A DNA stretch of 64,000 nucleotides from Candidatus Multivoradales bacterium (GTDB lineage: Bacteria > Acidobacteriota > Thermoanaerobaculia > Multivoradales > J023), in contig CBDFLE010000006.1 of the NCBI GenBank assembly GCA_965248925.1, positions 4,224,001 through 4,288,000 on the forward strand, written 5' to 3'. Position numbers and translations under genes: made by a program. The notes beneath the pieces were generated by a model. The model had not been told where the DNA came from and did no database searches. It worked only from the letters and a program-made list of their open reading frames with translations. Shown one piece after another: positions 59,410-64,000 of this stretch; the first letter of the stretch is position 1; each line of letters starts with the position of its first letter.

Positions 59410-62400
59410 ATGCCTTCTCAAGACAACAGCTCGTCCGCCTCCAACTCTGCCTCGCAACAGATCCCGGCGATTCGCTCGTTCCAGCTCGACGGCAGCTCGA
59501 ATGGCAATCTGCGCAGCAGCGTCAATCTGTTTCGTGGCGATGTCAACTACAGCCAGTCGCTGTTCAGCTTGCCCGGCCGGCGCTCGGCCCTCGATGTGTC
59601 GGTGTCGCTGATGTGTCAGAGCAATGTTCATCAGCAAGCGAGCCAGTGGAATCGCGATCAACCCACCGGCGTTGTCGGCCTGGGCTGGGCGCTGCCCAGC
59701 GATGCGATCGTGATGAACGACAGCGGCTCTCCCTCGGCGGCGACCCGGCAATATTCCTATCAGGGCAATGGCGGCCAGAACCAGCTGATCCGCGAGTTGG
59801 AGAACCCTTATTGTTTCGGCATGGATGCTGCTCTCGCGGCACAGCTGCAAAGCGGCCAGCCGGTGCCGGCGGCGGTGCGGGAGTGCTTTCTCGCCCTCGG
59901 CCAGATCCTCGATCCGACAACTCTGGTGCTGGCCATCGACGCCGGCGATGGCGACAGCTGGCAGCTCAGCGACCGGGTGAATCAGCTGCTCTTCGAGCTT
60001 CGCCTGCTGCCCGAGGAGCTGGCGGTGTATGACGGCGGCGAGTCCTATCAGCTGCAAAACTACGCTTTCTGGCGGATTCTCTACTACCCCGAGTTCGAGC
60101 GCTGGCAGATCACCAAGGAGTCGGGAGTCACCTTCTCCTATGGTGGGCAGAGCAGCGCCGGCAACAGCATCGCCTGGGGGGTGGGCTGGGTCAAGGCGGG
60201 CAGCACGGTGGGCCGCTGGCTGGGCGAGAGTCGGCTGACCCATCAAGACGGCGAGCGGCTGCAGCAGCAGTATGCCAGTGCTTGGTATCTGACCGAGATC
60301 GGCGATCCCTGGGGCGACCGGGTGCGCTATGAATACTTGACAGTAGAGCAGCTAGTGGGCAGCGACCAGGGCCTGCCCTACACCAAGGCGATCTATTTAC
60401 AACGGATCGTCGACGGTTTCGGCCGACGGGCGACTTTCATCTACGGCGAAAAGGTGTTCGACAGCTCGAGCCCGGAGGCACCGAAAGAGTACTCTGACCC
60501 GCACCGTGCGATCCCCAATGACCAGCCCAATGCCTACCAGGATCGCTACGAGACTCGCTTCCTCGACCGCATCGAGGTCGAGCATCCCAGTGGCGCACCT
60601 ATTCTCACCGTCCAGCTGGACTATGCACCGCGCCCTGGGATTGCCGGGCCGGCGCGGGCACTGGCCAATGTCACCACCCTCGAAGGGCAAGCTTACGGCG
60701 AGAGCTACAAGCGCTACCTGACCGGCATCCGCCTGCTCAATCCGGGAGGCGATGCGCAGCCGGGCTATCTCTTCAGCTATTACCTCGACACCGGTGAGAC
60801 CGACGCCAACCTCGGCGCGCTGCAGCGGATCACCTACCCCCAGGGTGGCCATGCCACCTATTACTACCAGCGCCAGGAGCTGCCGATCTGTCGCCGGGAG
60901 CTGACCATCAAGCGCCCTGAACAGGTCCAGGAAGGGGCCACGCCGCGGCTGTGGTTTGGCGACGACTATGCCGTCTCCACCTGGTACGACGCCAGCGCCG
61001 GGCGCTTGACCCTGCAGACTTTCACCTGGCTGGGCCGCTGGCAGAGCTGGCAGCTGAGCGAGGATCCGACCCTCTTCGAGGCTAGCGACGGGCTCGACTT
61101 GGGCTCTCTCGAGGTGATCGCACGGGATGACTTCTTCGCTCTTCGCTTCGATCGCACGGTCGGCACCTCGACCTTTGCCGATGTCTATCTCATGCAGAAG
61201 AACACCGGCGCGCCCGGTCAGTGGCAGCCAGCGCCCGACGGTGTCAATGGCCAGCCCACCGGGTTGAATAATCCGAGCTTCGAGATTGCCACCGGCAGGA
61301 CCCAGATGAGCTTGTCGGGCGGCAGCACTTTCTTGCTGGTCGCCACCAGCAACACCATCGACGGCCTCTACGGTCTGGAGAGCTACACCTTCCGCTGGCC
61401 GACCCGGCGCTTCGAACATCAGGTGCTGGTGACCGATAGCCAGCAGATTCTCTACCCCTCGGCGGGCAGCGAATACATCTTCTGGATCGCCTACGACTAC
61501 GCCTCGTCGTCGAACAGGCAGGCCAACCTCGAGGTGCTCGACAGCACCCTCACCTGGCGTCGCAGCACGCCGCTGGGCTTGTCGGGTTTCAACATCCCCA
61601 ACTTGCAGGACTTGGTGTTGGTCGGGGGTCAGACCCTGGTCGCCTGTAGCCGCCTGTTGCAAGCCAACACCTCACAGGCGGTGGACTACCAGTTGACCGT
61701 TTTCCAATGGGACGCCGCCAATGTGCTCGAGCAAAGCTTCGACCAGCGCTTCGTCGACCCGGTGATGAACGGCAGCGAGCCGACCAGCTGGACCCCTGCG
61801 GTGGTGGCCAACGGACAGATCTGCGTCGCCGGTAATCTGCTGCGCTTCAACGGCGCCCGATGGCTGGTCAACAGCGATCTGGTGATCGCCACCCCGACCG
61901 CTCAGAGCAACCAGCTCTATGCCTATGGGCCGGACTATGCGGTGCAGGTCTACCAGGTCAGTGGCGGGGTCAGCGCCCGGGTTCTGCCCTACGATCCCGA
62001 CAGCGATATCGATAGCTGGTCAACGGCACCGATCGCACCGGTGCAGCAACCAGTGCAGCGAAGTTTCGAGCCGGCCACCGCCAACTGGCCCTCGGCCGGC
62101 GGCGGCGACTGGCTGACCATCGGTTCCGCCATCTACTACCGTGGCACCTCGACGGATTGGCTGGCACCGCTCGGTGCCGCGCCGACAGCGCAGATCGCCG
62201 GCACTCTCGACAGCGCGGCGATGATCGACGAAGCACCGAGCTTCCTGGCCTACTACCTTTACGACCTAAGCGACCCGAACGACGATCACTGCGCCGCTAT
62301 CACCCTCGCCAATGGCGACGCCCACGCCCCGCAGCAGCTGCTCGACCAGCGCATGTGGACTGGAGCAGAAGGAGGTGACGGTGGCAGCGGCAAGGGCCCC

Positions 62401-64000
62401 GCCGGCAGCAATGCCTTCGTCACCTATCCGGCCAGTGACGGCAGCTTCGACAACGCCAGCCAGCTCGATCTCTACGCCTATGCCGGCGATGAGATCGAGG
62501 GACCGATCGCCGCCTGGCCGGTGGTCGGGCTGGACATCGATGATGGCTATGGCCAGGTGACCCGGACGACCATCGTCGCCGACCTCGACAGCGCCGCCTG
62601 TGATCCCAGCGGCGAGGTGGTCAAGTTCTTCACCTCGACGGTCTATCCCGGCACCGCCGACCCGGCGACCCCGCGTTATGGCTGGGTGGAGCAGATCTAC
62701 CTCAACGGGCTCGACATCGTGGTCGACAACTACTACGACATGCTCGACGGCCTGCTCGACTCGACCAGCCTCTTCGACAATCGGGGGCAGCTGGTGCAGC
62801 AGACCCGCAACACCTGGGAGGTTTTCATCGAGCGGGCCAGCGAGCCGCTAGACGGCGCCGCACCGGTGTTGCCTCTGCACGGCGGCTATGTGCTGCAAAC
62901 CGGCCAGATCCAGACCAAGAACGGGGTTCGGTCGGTGACCCGCAACGGCTATGTGAGCGAGGGCTTCGGCGCTCCCTATTCGGGGCAGATCGTCTCGTCG
63001 AGCTCAGACAATGTCGGCGGCGACGGGATCCCCGAGACCCTGACCACGATCACCGACTATGCCTACCAGGTGAACCAGGCGATGCGGGTGCTGCATGCCC
63101 TGCAGCCGCAAGCGCAGACCCGCACCCTGTGGCAGCCACAAGGAGGTGCGGCGGTGGTCAATCAGGCGACAGCTTCGGTCTACCGCTCGTGGCCGGCGGC
63201 GACCGGGGTCGAGGTTCCTGGTCTGGAGGCCAAGTTCGGCTATGCCAGCGGCGCCTTCGCCGACTTCCCCTTCGGCACCTATCAGCCGGGGGAAGAGCCG
63301 GCGGGCTGGCTGTGCAGCCAGCGGATCTTGGGGCGCTCACCGCTGGGCCTGCTGACCGAGACCGTGGATGCCAACGGGGTGCCCTCCTCGACCCTCTTCG
63401 ACAACCAGCAGCGCTTCCCGGTGGCCCGTTTCAGCAACACTCGGCTGAGCGCCAACCAGGCCACCTATCTGGGCTTCGAAGCCTATGAGACGACCGATCC
63501 GTGGACCCTCGACGGCACCGAGCCACGACTCGGCGATGCCCGGGTCGGCACTATCAGCCGGGTGCTGCCGGGTGCTGGCACCGCCAGCCTGGCGGTGACC
63601 CTGACACCACCTCTGGCCTCACCTGACGGTACGGCGCAGACCTACGTCCTCGGCTTCTGGGCCAAGACCGCGGCTGACTTCCAGCCCCAGCCGGGCTCTG
63701 GTTGGCGAGCGGTCGCCACTATCGACGGGGTGGATGGGGAGGCTCGGACCCTCGACTTTGTCGACACCGCCGGCGAATGGCGCTACGCCAGCTTGGGGAT
63801 CCCGCTGGCCGTCGCCAGCAGCTCGCTCAGCCTGGAGGTGACGGCCGGCAACGCCAGTGGCGCCGAGGTACTGCTCGACGGGATCTATCTCGGGCCCCTC
63901 GAGGGAGGGGTGCGGGCGCGCACCTACCATCCCGACCTGGAGCTGGTGACCTCGGTGAGCGACAGCGCCGGACGCGCCACCCAGCTGCTCTACGATAGCT
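59410..64000 (+). CDS. Large SpvB/TcB-like RHS/YD-repeat protein (partial, runs off window)
   Basis: Starts MPSQDNSSS. Motifs SVNLFRGD, GVVGLGWAL, WQITKESGVTFSYG, AWYLTEIGDPWGDRVRYEY, LQRITYPQGG, YLGFEAYE, and RTYHPDLELVTSVSDSAGRATQLLYD at the end. Same frame at every point checked. Confidence 0.88.
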   Translation, partial: MPSQDNSSSASNSASQQIPAIRSFQLDGSSNGNLRSSVNLFRGDVNYSQSLFSLPGRRSALDVSVSLMCQSNVHQQASQWNRDQPTGVVGLGWALPSDAIVMNDSGSPSAATRQYSYQGNGGQNQLIRELENPYCFGMDAALAAQLQSGQPVPAAVRECFLALGQILDPTTLVLAIDAGDGDSWQLSDRVNQLLFELRLLPEELAVYDGGESYQLQNYAFWRILYYPEFERWQITKESGVTFSYGGQSSAGNSIAWGVGWVKAGSTVGRWLGESRLTHQDGERLQQQYASAWYLTEIGDPWGDRVRYEYLTVEQLVGSDQGLPYTKAIYLQRIVDGFGRRATFIYGEKVFDSSSPEAPKEYSDPHRAIPNDQPNAYQDRYETRFLDRIEVEHPSGAPILTVQLDYAPRPGIAGPARALANVTTLEGQAYGESYKRYLTGIRLLNPGGDAQPGYLFSYYLDTGETDANLGALQRITYPQGGHATYYYQRQELPICRRELTIKRPEQVQEGATPRLWFGDDYAVSTWYDASAGRLTLQTFTWLGRWQSWQLSEDPTLFEASDGLDLGSLEVIARDDFFALRFDRTVGTSTFADVYLMQKNTGAPGQWQPAPDGVNGQPTGLNNPSFEIATGRTQMSLSGGSTFLLVATSNTIDGLYGLESYTFRWPTRRFEHQVLVTDSQQILYPSAGSEYIFWIAYDYASSSNRQANLEVLDSTLTWRRSTPLGLSGFNIPNLQDLVLVGGQTLVACSRLLQANTSQAVDYQLTVFQWDAANVLEQSFDQRFVDPVMNGSEPTSWTPAVVANGQICVAGNLLRFNGARWLVNSDLVIATPTAQSNQLYAYGPDYAVQVYQVSGGVSARVLPYDPDSDIDSWSTAPIAPVQQPVQRSFEPATANWPSAGGGDWLTIGSAIYYRGTSTDWLAPLGAAPTAQIAGTLDSAAMIDEAPSFLAYYLYDLSDPNDDHCAAITLANGDAHAPQQLLDQRMWTGAEGGDGGSGKGPAGSNAFVTYPASDGSFDNASQLDLYAYAGDEIEGPIAAWPVVGLDIDDGYGQVTRTTIVADLDSAACDPSGEVVKFFTSTVYPGTADPATPRYGWVEQIYLNGLDIVVDNYYDMLDGLLDSTSLFDNRGQLVQQTRNTWEVFIERASEPLDGAAPVLPLHGGYVLQTGQIQTKNGVRSVTRNGYVSEGFGAPYSGQIVSSSSDNVGGDGIPETLTTITDYAYQVNQAMRVLHALQPQAQTRTLWQPQGGAAVVNQATASVYRSWPAATGVEVPGLEAKFGYASGAFADFPFGTYQPGEEPAGWLCSQRILGRSPLGLLTETVDANGVPSSTLFDNQQRFPVARFSNTRLSANQATYLGFEAYETTDPWTLDGTEPRLGDARVGTISRVLPGAGTASLAVTLTPPLASPDGTAQTYVLGFWAKTAADFQPQPGSGWRAVATIDGVDGEARTLDFVDTAGEWRYASLGIPLAVASSSLSLEVTAGNASGAEVLLDGIYLGPLEGGVRARTYHPDLELVTSVSDSAGRATQLLYDS

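Noticed and set aside
59269-63998. Several ORF-track entries (e.g. 59269..60246 and 60397..61662, minus strand)
   Set aside because: Shadows of the long plus-strand RHS gene, which the track omitted because it has no stop in the window.

Overview
GC-rich bacterial DNA. The PVEL-type C-terminus and the FW.F repeat protein suggest Acidobacteriota/Thermoanaerobaculia (inference). From left to right: (1) the 3' half of a Tad/Flp pilus locus (cpaB end, secretin, tadA, tadB, tadC, and an inverted cpaE); (2) mixed housekeeping and secreted-protein genes (hydrolase, SPFH plus zinc-ribbon pair, PduO, matrixin-FN3 protein, GAF-GGDEF, aldolase/SDR); (3) a ~26 kb locus (21.8-48.5 kb) with six CRTAC1/FG-GAP-ASPIC/UnbV genes, a membrane-anchored five-heme cytochrome c-TPR protein, a TPR protein, a sigma54 two-component system and a divergent nitrilase. 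This locus is interrupted or flanked by inserted cassettes: a PLA2-motif gene beside a diverged copy of a CRTAC 3' end, a direct-repeat-flanked micro-transcription unit, two TA pairs, and a PG-binding HExxH toxin-like pair. (4) A RAYT transposase with ISL3 and HigB remnants, a sulfatase, DUF2157/GDYXXLXY genes, an RHH-MazF pair and REP-like hairpins. (5) An XRE regulator, a three-repeat lectin-like gene, and a >1500-codon SpvB/TcB-RHS gene that runs off the window and is missing from the ORF track. No rRNA, tRNA or CRISPR array was seen. All family calls come from motif recognition, not database searches.
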